Assembly (NCBI GenBank): GCA_002403095.1
Contig: DHHC01000021.1
Coordinates: 1,732 to 65,731 of the forward strand
Length of the DNA stretch: 64,000 nucleotides
From: Leptolinea sp. UBA4782
GTDB taxonomy: Bacteria > Chloroflexota > Anaerolineae > Anaerolineales > Anaerolineaceae
Reading direction: 5' to 3'
This document shows, in pieces, positions 35,431-44,543 of the stretch; positions within the stretch are counted from its first letter, which is position 1; the number at the start of each line of letters is the position of its first letter. Position numbers and translations under genes: made by a program. The notes under the pieces were generated by a model, which did no database searches, was not told the origin of the DNA, and saw nothing but the letters and a program-made list of their open reading frames with translations.

Positions 35431-35578
35431 CGCTGCTCTGCTCCCCAGGTGCACCGCTTATCAAAAAAAATAAGCAAGCGACCAGATTAGTACGCCTGGA
35501 TCATCGCATCCATTTTCTATGCAATTTGAAAACAAGAAATTCAATAATGGAACTGCAAGGTTTTATTACTGTAAAAAT

Positions 35579-35607
35579 ATTATAGCAGACTAGTAACGGT
35601 ATGTCAA
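35579..35607 (-). promoter_or_regulatory. Consensus sigma-70-type promoter TTGACA-17-TATAAT
   Basis: Minus strand: TTGACA (35607..35602), a 17-nt spacer, then TATAAT (35584..35579). Predicted TSS near 35572. Confidence 0.65.
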
Positions 35608-35671
35608 CAATCAATTTTTACATTACCAGAAAATAACCGTGTTTTCATGCCAGTACAGGGAAATTAAAGGC

Positions 35672-35699
35672 GTACCAGCGGGATGGCGCCCGCTGGTAC
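35672..35699 (-). terminator. Intrinsic terminator after 35736..36449
   Basis: Perfect 11-bp stem GTACCAGCGGG / CCCGCTGGTAC with a 6-nt loop, followed on the minus strand by GCCTTTAATTT. Confidence 0.7.
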
Positions 35700-35735
35700 A
35701 CTCTTACAAACCTGCCTCAACAAAAGAAGGAGGGG

Positions 35736-36449
35736 TTAATTCAATTTTTTACTGACTGCTGTCAAGACCAGAGCCAAACCCATGAAGGCAAATCCAAGGT
35801 TGAATGACAACTCTTTCATGAAGTTGATTGACCCGAATGGATTGCCGGTCAAATCAATGCCAGTGACGGGGATCAGTACACCTGGATCACCCTGGACCAC
35901 GGGTGGGGGCAGGTCCGGATCGCCTGGATCTTCAGTTGGGTCCGGGGGCACTTCCGTTGGCACCTGGGTGGGTACAGATGTTTGGGTGGGAATAGCAGTT
36001 GGACCACCCGGAGTATTTGTTGGCGTATAAGTAGGTGTTACCTTCGGGGTGTCAGTCGGTGTGCTGGTTGGAGTATTTGTAGGTGTGCTGGTAGAAGCCA
36101 CCGGGGTATTGGTAGGTGTATTGGTGGGGGTGGCTGTCGGCGGAACCGGGGTGTTGGTTGGAACTGGAGTGGGCTCTTCTGTAGGATCCTCACAAGGTCC
36201 TTCATGGTCGCCCGCATGCAGCGGCGATCCTGAGGCACTGACATGCCCCGCATTAATCAATGCTGCCATTGCCAAATTCAATGTCTGGCTGTTGCCGTTG
36301 GGTTCATAATGGCACCAGGTAACAATTTCCTGTTGTGCCGCAACAGGTGTTCCAACCATGCTTAAGATTAATCCTGCAAGCAGGAACGCTGAACCGAGCA
36401 GATACGATCCCCTCATCGCACGCCGGATGATACTACTTTTCGGTTTCAT
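35736..36449 (-). CDS. Secreted Thr/Pro-rich protein with IPVTG-type C-terminal sorting signal (candidate sortase substrate 2)
   Basis: Start at ATG 36449 ([10 protein letters not shown]...) behind GAGAGGAG. Signal peptide. WCHYEPNG...[19 protein letters not shown] domain. TP-rich linker. VLIPVTGID (IPVTG = 35859..35873), a TM helix and a KKLN tail. Confidence 0.75.
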   Translation of the reverse strand: MKPKSSIIRRAMRGSYLLGSAFLLAGLILSMVGTPVAAQQEIVTWCHYEPNGNSQTLNLAMAALINAGHVSASGSPLHAGDHEGPCEDPTEEPTPVPTNTPVPPTATPTNTPTNTPVASTSTPTNTPTSTPTDTPKVTPTYTPTNTPGGPTAIPTQTSVPTQVPTEVPPDPTEDPGDPDLPPPVVQGDPGVLIPVTGIDLTGNPFGSINFMKELSFNLGFAFMGLALVLTAVSKKLN

Positions 36450-36496
36450 GACGTCTCCTCTCATTGATAAGAACCGATAACTACAAGAACAATACA

Positions 36497-36518
36497 GATA
36501 AATATGATAATATTTATC
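36497..36518. promoter_or_regulatory. 22-bp AT-rich palindrome in the divergent region upstream of dnaN
   Basis: GATAAATAT-GATA-ATATTTATC with 9-bp perfect arms. Function unknown. Confidence 0.25.
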
Positions 36519-36676
36519 CTAATATTAGAGTCATTATAGCGTTTGAAATGCGTTTGTCAATAGTCAATTCTCTGGATTCGAAAATTCTAATATTTCAGGG
36601 TGTGATATACTTTAATTTCGAAAGTATCCTTTCCATCATCATCCGGCAGCAATTTCCGCCAGAGAGGTCGCCCACA

Positions 36677-37807
36677 GTGAAAGTTACCGTTTCGCAACAA
36701 CAACTTGCTCATGGACTGAGCCTGGTCTCAAGGGCTGTTGCCCCCCGCAGCACCCTGCCTGTACTGGCAAACATCCTGGTTGCAACCGATGAAGGCCGGG
36801 TGCGCCTTTCGGCCACCAACCTCGAACTGGGGATTTCCTGCTGGATCGGCGGTCAGATCGCTGAAGAAGGCGCCATTACCGTGCCTGCCCGCACCCTGAG
36901 CGACCTGGTAAACACCCTGCCGAACGATCCCGTGCTGCTTGAATTGAATCCGAAGAACCAGGTCCTCAACGTCCGCTGCGGCACCTCCATAACCGACATA
37001 AAAGGCATTGACGCCCAGGAATATCCTCCTATCCCGGTTCCTGACCTGGCTGACGGGCTTGAACTGAACGTCAGCGACTTTAAAGAAATGATCCAGCAGG
37101 TGGTCTTTGCGGTTTCCACCGATGAAGCCCGCCCTGTGCTGCAAGGCGTGCAGATGTCAGTGAACGGCACCTTCATCACCATGGCAGCCACCGACGGCTA
37201 CCGCGTTTCTGTCCGCAAGGCAGAGCTTGAGCATCCTGCTGCCAGCCCTTTTTCCATCATCATCCCAGCCCGCGCCCTCAGCGAACTTGCCCGCATTGCC
37301 TCTGACGGAGACCAGAAGATTGTCATGGTCACCCCACCCGGGCGAGGGCAGGTGCTTTTCCACCTGCGGGACGCTGAGCTGGTTTCCTCGCTGATCGAAG
37401 GCAATTTCCCGCCGTATGACAAGATCATCCCCACCAGCTTCAAGACCAAAACCATCTTATCCACCGCCGAGTTCCTGAAATCCTGCCGCCAGGCGGAGAT
37501 CATCGCCCGCGACGGCAACAATATTGTCCGGTTGGATATCCAGCCCGCAGTCGAAGGGGCACCAGGGGTGGTGGAAATCTCCGCCCAATCCGAAGAAACC
37601 GGTTTCAGTGAGATCAAGCTGGCTGCCAACGTTGAAGGACCCGGACTGTTAATCGCCTTCAACGTCCGCTTCCTGCGGGAAGTACTGGATGTGATGAAAT
37701 CGCCCAATATTGTGCTGCAGACCAACGCCAACAATACTCCAGGTCTGTTGCAGCAGACCGGCGATGACAGTTTCATCCATGTCATCATGCCGATGCATCT
37801 CGGCTGA
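36677..37807 (+). CDS. dnaN: DNA polymerase III beta sliding clamp
   Basis: The track ORF starts at TTG 36464, but its first 71 codons are AT-rich intergenic-like sequence. GTG 36677 gives (M)KVTVSQQQLAHGLSLVSRAV..STLPVLANILV, the canonical DnaN N-terminus, with AGAGAGG upstream. ~376 aa. Confidence 0.85.
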   Translation: MKVTVSQQQLAHGLSLVSRAVAPRSTLPVLANILVATDEGRVRLSATNLELGISCWIGGQIAEEGAITVPARTLSDLVNTLPNDPVLLELNPKNQVLNVRCGTSITDIKGIDAQEYPPIPVPDLADGLELNVSDFKEMIQQVVFAVSTDEARPVLQGVQMSVNGTFITMAATDGYRVSVRKAELEHPAASPFSIIIPARALSELARIASDGDQKIVMVTPPGRGQVLFHLRDAELVSSLIEGNFPPYDKIIPTSFKTKTILSTAEFLKSCRQAEIIARDGNNIVRLDIQPAVEGAPGVVEISAQSEETGFSEIKLAANVEGPGLLIAFNVRFLREVLDVMKSPNIVLQTNANNTPGLLQQTGDDSFIHVIMPMHLG

Positions 37808-37815
37808 CATGTACT

Positions 37816-40164
37816 ATGCCAGGCGAAGTCAGCTTTCTGCCCAGTTCTAACGAACGGTACCTCTCTATCGCCCTGGCTTTAGCCCAATATCCGATACTCA
37901 GTAGCCGCATCCGTGAAAGGATGCGGCAGTTCTTATTCACCAACGGTATCATCCAGCACCAGGTGTTTGAATCCCAGGTGCGCGAGGCTGCCATCCGCTC
38001 GCAGCAGCGCGAAGGGATGGAGCAGCCTTACGAGGAAGAGCCAACGGAGATATGGGAGCTGCGCGTGCAGCGTATGCGCGACCAGCTGACCGACTTGCGT
38101 TTCAGTCACTTTTTCAAGTTTGAGACCTTTGAAAAGATCGTCAACGAGGTGCTGGAAGAACGCGGGCTGCAGGTGGATAACCTGATGTTCTCGATGAACC
38201 CCGAACTGGCGCCCCTGGAAACGGTTTTTGAACAGGCCATGTCGCTCGAGCGCATGGACCTGAGCCAGAGGCAACACTATGCCCACCGGCTGCAGGAATT
38301 AAAAGTCGTCCTCATCCGCGCCTTGATCAGCGACCAGCTGCGTTACATCAATATAGCCAAGGAATGGTTCACCATTCATGACCTCTCGGATATCCGCCGC
38401 AGGCGGATAGGCGCCGGACGCATCGGCGGAAAATCGGCCGGTATGCTGCTGGCCACTCGCGTTATCACCGACAGCCTGGAACTGCCGCCTGATGTGACAG
38501 TGGACACGCCCGAATCGTATTACATCGGTTCGCAGGAACTGTACACCTACATGTCGATTAACAACCTGGCGCACTGGAATGACCAGAAATACAAGACCGA
38601 AGAGGAGATGCGCGCCGATTACCCGACCATTGTGGATGACTTCCTGAAGGGCGAGCTTCCCCCGGATATCACCGCCCGCCTGGAAGGCGTTATGGCTTCG
38701 GTGGGCAAACGCCCGGTTATCGTGCGTTCATCCAGCCTGCTGGAAGACAACTTTGGCACCTCTTTTGCAGGAAAGTATGAAAGCATCTTCCTGCCCAACC
38801 AGGCATCTCCAGCCGAGAATATGCACGCCCTCACCCGCGCCATAGCCCAGATCTATGCATCCACCCTTAACCCCAACGCCCTGCTCTACCGCCGCAGCAA
38901 AGGATTGCTGGATTATGACGAACGCATGGCCATCCTCATCCAGGTGGTGCAGGGTGAATCGTACGGGAAATACTACCTGCCCCAGGCAGCCGGGGTTGCG
39001 TTCAGCCACAATCTGTTCCGCTGGTCGCCCCAGCTGCGCAAAGAGGATGGGTTTGTGCGCCTGGTGTGGGGTCTCGGCACCCGGGCAGTGGACAGGGTGG
39101 GTAACGATTACCCCCGCCTGGTCGCCCTCAGCCACCCACTGCTGCGCCCCTCCACCAAGCCGTCTATCATCCAGCATTATTCCCAGCAGTACGTGGACCT
39201 GCTGGACCTGGAAGAGAATGTATTCAAGACCCTGCCTGTCCATGAGGTGGCAAAACAGGATTACCCGGTGCTGCGCTATCTCTTCCAGACCTTCGAAGAC
39301 GGCTACTTTACCACCCTGCGGTCCAACCTGCTGCCTTCAGATAACCACAACCTGGTGTTGACCTATGATGAATTCCTGCGGTCCACCCCGTTTGCTGAAA
39401 AAATGCGCCATATCCTGCAAACCCTTGAGCAGGTCTACCACGCCCCGGTTGATTTGGAATTCACCGCCCATTTGCGGAAAGGTGAGGGATCCAGGCGCAT
39501 CCTGCAGATCACAGTCCTGCAATGCCGGCCGCAAAGCCAGCTGGCTGCTACCGAACAGGTGCCCTTCCCGACCGGACTTAAGGAAGACAAGGTCATCTTC
39601 TCCACCCGTTTTGTGGTGCCTCAAGGGTATATCGAGAAGGTCGATTATGTGGTCTATGTACCGCCGGAAGGCTACTTTGCCCTGCCGACGATGAACCTGC
39701 GGATCGAACTGGCACGTGCCATCGGCAAGCTGAATGCCGCCCTGGCAGATAAGTCATTCATCTGCATTGGGCCGGGGCGCTGGGGCAGCTCAAACTCCGA
39801 CCTGGGGGTGCCTATCAGCTATGGAGATATCTACCACACCAAATCGCTTGTAGAGCTTGCAGGTCCGGGCATCGGCCCCGAACCGGAACCCTCCCTGGGC
39901 ACCCACTTTTTCCAGGACCTGCTGGAATCGCAAATCTACCCCCTGGCGATCGAACTGGATAACACCAACAGCTCATTCAACCATACGTTTCTTAATGAAA
40001 GCCCAAACCGGGTAAACGAATTCATCAAGCTGGATGCCTCCCTCAAGGATTCGTTGCGCCTGGTGCGGGTGACAGATTATGCCCCCGACCATCATATTTG
40101 CATCATAATGAATGAGGAAAAGGGACAGGCATTAGCCTACCTCGAACCCGAATCCCCCTTCTAA
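37816..40164 (+). CDS. PEP/pyruvate-binding (PPDK_N, ATP-grasp) domain protein
   Basis: 782 aa. GGKSAGMLLA and VIVRSSSLLEDNFGTSFAGKYES are typical of the pyruvate phosphate dikinase / PEP synthase nucleotide-binding domain. No PEP-utiliser His domain is recognised. Confidence 0.7.
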   Translation: MPGEVSFLPSSNERYLSIALALAQYPILSSRIRERMRQFLFTNGIIQHQVFESQVREAAIRSQQREGMEQPYEEEPTEIWELRVQRMRDQLTDLRFSHFFKFETFEKIVNEVLEERGLQVDNLMFSMNPELAPLETVFEQAMSLERMDLSQRQHYAHRLQELKVVLIRALISDQLRYINIAKEWFTIHDLSDIRRRRIGAGRIGGKSAGMLLATRVITDSLELPPDVTVDTPESYYIGSQELYTYMSINNLAHWNDQKYKTEEEMRADYPTIVDDFLKGELPPDITARLEGVMASVGKRPVIVRSSSLLEDNFGTSFAGKYESIFLPNQASPAENMHALTRAIAQIYASTLNPNALLYRRSKGLLDYDERMAILIQVVQGESYGKYYLPQAAGVAFSHNLFRWSPQLRKEDGFVRLVWGLGTRAVDRVGNDYPRLVALSHPLLRPSTKPSIIQHYSQQYVDLLDLEENVFKTLPVHEVAKQDYPVLRYLFQTFEDGYFTTLRSNLLPSDNHNLVLTYDEFLRSTPFAEKMRHILQTLEQVYHAPVDLEFTAHLRKGEGSRRILQITVLQCRPQSQLAATEQVPFPTGLKEDKVIFSTRFVVPQGYIEKVDYVVYVPPEGYFALPTMNLRIELARAIGKLNAALADKSFICIGPGRWGSSNSDLGVPISYGDIYHTKSLVELAGPGIGPEPEPSLGTHFFQDLLESQIYPLAIELDNTNSSFNHTFLNESPNRVNEFIKLDASLKDSLRLVRVTDYAPDHHICIIMNEEKGQALAYLEPESPF

Positions 40165-40179
40165 CCACCCGATGAAAGT

Positions 40180-40725
40180 CTACTGTCCCGCTTTCCAGCC
40201 CAGGATAAACTGGGACTGGGTTTCTGTTTCTGGAGACGAGTATTTCCCATAAGGCATGTGTTTGCGCAATTCATTCATACAGGTGATAGCCTGGTCTGCG
40301 GGGATGCCGTGGCGTACCAGGTGGCACCCAACCACCATGCCGGTGCGGCCAATGCCAGCCATGCAATGCACATATACCGCCAGGTTATCGATCAGCGCCT
40401 GGTCGATCCTGTCCAGGATGGCAACCATTTCGTCTTCAGTTGGCACGCCCATATCTTTAATGGGCATGCGGACATGTTCCACTTTTACATTATGGCGGCG
40501 GGCTTCCTGGCGGAGCAGGTCACGGTAATCTTCCCCTTCACCCGGCTTACTTAAGTCGATGATCACATTGATATCAAACTCCACCAGCGCTTGCATGCGC
40601 TCGCGGACCATATCATCGGTGCGGAAGACATAACCGGTACGCGAACCCGGATATTCTCCCGCCAGCAGCTGCCCGGGACGCACCCAATAAGCATTTTCAA
40701 AAGGGGTAGCAGGGATGTTTGTCAT
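40180..40725 (-). CDS. Dual-specificity / tyrosine protein phosphatase
   Basis: VHCMAGIGRTG (HCx5R P-loop). Start placed at ATG 40725 because the longer form would begin inside a TATAAT element. Confidence 0.75.
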   Translation of the reverse strand: MTNIPATPFENAYWVRPGQLLAGEYPGSRTGYVFRTDDMVRERMQALVEFDINVIIDLSKPGEGEDYRDLLRQEARRHNVKVEHVRMPIKDMGVPTEDEMVAILDRIDQALIDNLAVYVHCMAGIGRTGMVVGCHLVRHGIPADQAITCMNELRKHMPYGKYSSPETETQSQFILGWKAGQ

Positions 40726-41002
40726 GGTAATCTCACGGCGATTATAGCCCAAACCGGGAAGTTTTTCCCAGGGCAGCAGGTAGAAGCAGCGGCTATTCGC
40801 GTAGCCTTAACGGTTCATTGCTGTGCAAAAGGGATTGGATAACTGATTTGAAGTCCATAGTGAGACTTTGCCTTTCAATCAACGCACAACCCATCCTGGT
40901 CGGGATCTTCATATAAAGGGATGGGCTGGCCAAGGCTGATATCACCTGCTTTGGTAACCGTTACATCAACCCGGTAATTGGGATGCGGTCCGCAAGTGAA
41001 GA

Positions 41003-41644
41003 CTATGTTTTGGTGCCGCATTCTGCACAGAACTTGGCTCCCGGCTGAAGCGGCTTGCCGCATTCCTTACAATATGAACCTTTCAGGCTAGCGCCGCAGT
41101 TGGGGCAGAATTTTGCATCTGTAGCCAGGGGAGCTTCGCATTTCGGGCAGGTCGCCTTGATGTTTTCCTTCCAGGTCTCTGCTTTCAAGTGCCGGTCGCC
41201 ATCAGCCATACGGGCATGGCGGTGAATTTCTTCCACCGACCTATCGGATTGGGCGGCTGCCATTTCTACCCCGAGGTCGGGAGCGCAGCTTTTACAGAGC
41301 CCGTGGGTGCTGTTCCAGCAGGACTTGCGGCACACCCAGGCGGAACAGCGCGGGCATTGGATAAATTGCGGGCGGATTTCTTCAACCGCTTCGGCGAAGG
41401 CATTGTCATGGGCTTTCTGCCAGGCTGCTGAACGCGCTTTCTCCCCCAGGGTGGCAGCCGTGTTCATAAACCCGCCGAACAGGCTGCTGGCGGTATCCAA
41501 TACATTGGCAACACTACCCACAGCCCAGGCCTGCATTTCGGTGCGGTAACCACTCCCGCAGCGGTTGCACTCGAATTCGAACTGAAACCCGTGTTCTGTA
41601 CTCAGGTCATTGTAATTGCTGACAAACTCGATGTATTTTGCCAT
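41003..41644 (-). CDS. Zinc-ribbon domain protein
   Basis: Several CxxC pairs. The C-terminus CPKC...CPNCG...CKECG...CAECG is a double zinc ribbon. ATG 41644 lies behind GGGAGG. Confidence 0.6.
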   Translation of the reverse strand: MAKYIEFVSNYNDLSTEHGFQFEFECNRCGSGYRTEMQAWAVGSVANVLDTASSLFGGFMNTAATLGEKARSAAWQKAHDNAFAEAVEEIRPQFIQCPRCSAWVCRKSCWNSTHGLCKSCAPDLGVEMAAAQSDRSVEEIHRHARMADGDRHLKAETWKENIKATCPKCEAPLATDAKFCPNCGASLKGSYCKECGKPLQPGAKFCAECGTKT

Positions 41645-41681
41645 CAAATCCTCCCGGTAAAGAATGATTTCCTTGTGTTGT

Positions 41682-42269
41682 TTATCGGCGTTTTTTCTTA
41701 AAGAGAACCATGAAGAGCAGCAGGAATGTAGACAATGGCCAGATCCAAGCCAGGTCTCCCGGGCCGTCCTTGCCTGTCCGGGCAGCGCTGGGGCGCAGCC
41801 GCACGATCCGGTATATTTTCAACAATTCTTCCAGCTCTTCAGGCCGCATGGTTTGCGGATCGAGGTCGAACAGGCGGGAGACGAAACCGCTGGCGATCAG
41901 CACCTGGCGCAGGATCTCTTTCGCCTGCGGGTGGCTGCTGGCATCCTCAGCGGTCCCAACCCACCAGCCGTCCGGCATCCACAGCTCCACCTGGGGATTT
42001 GCGAGGATGTTCCGGTACCAGTCGGCTTTGCTGCCAAACCCTGCCGTGCAGTAAACCTCATCATTCACCACGGCATAATTTACCGGTGTACGGTATTGCT
42101 TGCTGCTGTTCCTGCCTTTATGGGTAATAACCAGGATCTGCCCGCCTACCCTGGGAGAAAGATTAACCCAGCCTCCCAGCCCAAGCCGCCAGAGCCCTAC
42201 CATGAAATAATTAAAGACCTTAAACCCGCACCGCAGGCGGTCCTCAGTTTCAGGATTTGAAATGGTCAT
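41682..42269 (-). CDS. Deazaflavin (F420)-dependent nitroreductase-family protein (DDN/DUF385-like) with C-terminal TM helix
   Basis: ITHKGRNSSKQYRTPVNYAVVNDEVYCTAGFGSKADWYRNILANPQV matches the DDN-family core. Hydrophobic tail plus KKKRR. Confidence 0.7.
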   Translation of the reverse strand: MTISNPETEDRLRCGFKVFNYFMVGLWRLGLGGWVNLSPRVGGQILVITHKGRNSSKQYRTPVNYAVVNDEVYCTAGFGSKADWYRNILANPQVELWMPDGWWVGTAEDASSHPQAKEILRQVLIASGFVSRLFDLDPQTMRPEELEELLKIYRIVRLRPSAARTGKDGPGDLAWIWPLSTFLLLFMVLFKKKRR

Positions 42270-42343
42270 TTCTCTGCCTCCTGTTCTACTGCTGTACCTT
42301 AATCATACAACGGGATTGGCAGGAATGGAAATGCAAACCGGGA

Positions 42344-43033
42344 TTATTCGTCTAAACCGTGGAAATCTTCAGGAACCGGGCGGGCGGGAACCAGTTTGGC
42401 AGCCTCCCCGTGCAGGTGGTCTGCATTCGCCCAGTCCACCAGGCTGGCAAACAGCATACCGTCCACTGCTTCAGCTTCCATCGTGGTAATCGAACAGTTG
42501 TGGTTCTCTTCCCGCTTAAGCATATGTCCGCTTACGTTCTGGCAGATATCATTCAGGGTGAAGTTGAACATGCCGAAATGCCCCACCAGCGCCACCACAC
42601 TGTTGGTATGCCCGTGGATTACCTTTAGCAGCCCGGCGCGGGTACGCCCGAGCAGGCTGTGGTAATCATCACCACCGGGGAAGCGGGCATCCGGTTCGCC
42701 GTGCTGCCAGCGCTCGATAATGGCATCATGCGCCTGCCAGATCTCATATGTGGAGCGCACCTTTTCCATTTCGCCGACATCGATCTCAATCAATTCATCC
42801 AGCACGGTTGGCACCAGCCCGATGTACGTGCCGACGATTTCGGCTGTCTGCTTGGCCCGCTTCAGCGGGGAACAAAACAGCGCCTTAATTCCCCTTCCCG
42901 CCAGGGCTTCGCCTGTCTGCTGTGCCTGCAAAATTCCTTTTTCAGTCAGGGGGTAGTCAACCAGTTTGCTCGAAAGCTGCTTGATCAGGTTGGCATGGTT
43001 TTCTCCATGCCGGATGATGTAAATCGTATTCAT
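42344..43033 (-). CDS. Histidine phosphatase family protein
   Basis: MNTIYIIRHGENHAN (RHG motif). ATG 43033 lies behind AAAGGTG. Confidence 0.8.
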   Translation of the reverse strand: MNTIYIIRHGENHANLIKQLSSKLVDYPLTEKGILQAQQTGEALAGRGIKALFCSPLKRAKQTAEIVGTYIGLVPTVLDELIEIDVGEMEKVRSTYEIWQAHDAIIERWQHGEPDARFPGGDDYHSLLGRTRAGLLKVIHGHTNSVVALVGHFGMFNFTLNDICQNVSGHMLKREENHNCSITTMEAEAVDGMLFASLVDWANADHLHGEAAKLVPARPVPEDFHGLDE

Positions 43034-43109
43034 TATGCACACCTTTATATCAGCGCAGCCTGTTGCCCTGCGCTGTGGAAGTTCACTTTCACATTCGCAT
43101 GAAACGGGA

Positions 43110-43787
43110 TTATTCTATGCAGCCGTGCTGGCGCAGAAAGACCGCCGCCAGTTCATTGCCGTATTTTACCGCAGTCCCCAGCGGCGTCAACCCGTCGGCT
43201 TCAAGGCGGGGGTTGGAGTCCGGATGGTGGTCCATCAAAAGCTTCAGGGCTTCCACATCTCCATTTTGGGCGGCAATATGCAACGGCGTGTACCCGCCGG
43301 ATTCTGCCAGGTTCACATCTGCCCCATGTTCCAAAAAGACTTTCACAAGGGTGTTGTTGTGCACAGCCAGGGCCGAGTGCAGCGGGGCAGCTCCCAGCGC
43401 ATTCTGTGAGCGGCTATTCACCTGGGCGCCTCGCTCCAGCAGCAACTGTGCCATGGCATTGTGCCCGAAGAATGCTGCAAGCCCGAGCGGCTGGAACCCG
43501 TCAAAATTGAGGGCGTTTGCCAGGTCAGGATCCTCTGCCAGCAGGGTTTCTGCCTGGCGGGTATCCCCCAGGGAAGCCGCTTCGAAAATATCCAGCGGTT
43601 TAACATACTTGCCAAGGAACCGGGCAATCTCCGGCTGGTTGTAATACAGGGCAACCAGGATCGCGCTGATCCCCTGCTCGTTGCGGGTGCGGGCAAGCGC
43701 AGGGTGGTCGCCCACCAACTCTTTTACCAGCGCCTGGTCGCCTGCCTGAATGGCAGAAAAGAGAACATCTGGATCTGAACCTTGCAT
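43110..43787 (-). CDS. Ankyrin-repeat protein
   Basis: Repeated G.TPLH.AA..G....V..LL..GAD.N units (e.g. GYTPLHIAAQNGDVEALKLL). Confidence 0.85.
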   Translation of the reverse strand: MQGSDPDVLFSAIQAGDQALVKELVGDHPALARTRNEQGISAILVALYYNQPEIARFLGKYVKPLDIFEAASLGDTRQAETLLAEDPDLANALNFDGFQPLGLAAFFGHNAMAQLLLERGAQVNSRSQNALGAAPLHSALAVHNNTLVKVFLEHGADVNLAESGGYTPLHIAAQNGDVEALKLLMDHHPDSNPRLEADGLTPLGTAVKYGNELAAVFLRQHGCIE

Positions 43788-43803
43788 ACGCCATCCTCTC
43801 TTT

Positions 43804-44523
43804 CTATGGACGGTATTTCCAAAAAATGCCGGTACATTCCGGCAGGGTCACTTCGCTGCCAGCCTTAATCCGGCTGAGCATTTCTTCCCCAAAAAAGAAG
43901 CGGGTGAGTGTTTCAGCTTCCTGCCGCGATTCAAACCGGTAATCGGTGCGGATCCAGTCGAAATTGAAACCTGCCTGGTGCAGGTAGCCCAGGTATGGCA
44001 GCATGTGGGCCGGCGGGTCTGGCTGCTCCCAGCCGGTGCCCTGGGTCTCAACCAGGAGGATCAGCCCCCCGGGCTGCAACACCCGGGAAATCTCCTCCAA
44101 ACCACGTTCCAGTTCGGATTTCCAGTTTTCCGGGTTCCAGGTCGCCAGGTAGCACACACTCCAGCCTGAAGCTGCCAGTGTCACACTTTGCGCGGCAACC
44201 GGCAAAGCCCGGTGGTCAGCTGCGGCCATGAGAGGTAGGGGCGCGGCGGATACACCAGCCAGGTATTCGCTGGCCTGCACAAGCATAGCCGGGGCGAGGT
44301 CCAGCGCGGTCACCCTGCTGGCGTGAGGGGTGATCATAGCTGTCAGCCGGCCTGTTCCAGCCCCCAGTTCCAGCGCCTCCCACACTCTGCCGGCCAACAA
44401 ACCGTTTACCGCCTGTTCAAGGTTATGCTGGTAATCCTCACGCATAACCAGCAGGTGATAAAGGTCTGCTTCACGCTGGTAAGCTTTTTTGTGGTCCGGC
44501 ATGCTGTTATCCTTCATGTTCAC
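43804..44523 (-). CDS. Class I SAM-dependent methyltransferase
   Basis: ALELGAGTGRLT (motif I), LQPGGLILLVE. The first codon is GTG; an alternative ATG lies at 44517. Confidence 0.75.
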   Translation of the reverse strand: MNMKDNSMPDHKKAYQREADLYHLLVMREDYQHNLEQAVNGLLAGRVWEALELGAGTGRLTAMITPHASRVTALDLAPAMLVQASEYLAGVSAAPLPLMAAADHRALPVAAQSVTLAASGWSVCYLATWNPENWKSELERGLEEISRVLQPGGLILLVETQGTGWEQPDPPAHMLPYLGYLHQAGFNFDWIRTDYRFESRQEAETLTRFFFGEEMLSRIKAGSEVTLPECTGIFWKYRP

Positions 44524-44543
44524 TGGCTTTCTTTTAACAGGCG

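Noticed and set aside
36464-36676. TTG-initiated 71-codon N-terminal extension of dnaN from the ORF track
   Set aside because: This part is AT-rich, Ile/Asn/Tyr-rich and unlike any clamp. The canonical DnaN N-terminus begins at GTG 36677 with an upstream purine-rich RBS.
40875-41063. 62-aa minus-strand ORF between the zinc-ribbon and phosphatase genes
   Set aside because: Its 5' part overlaps the zinc-ribbon gene in another frame. It has no RBS and no recognisable features.
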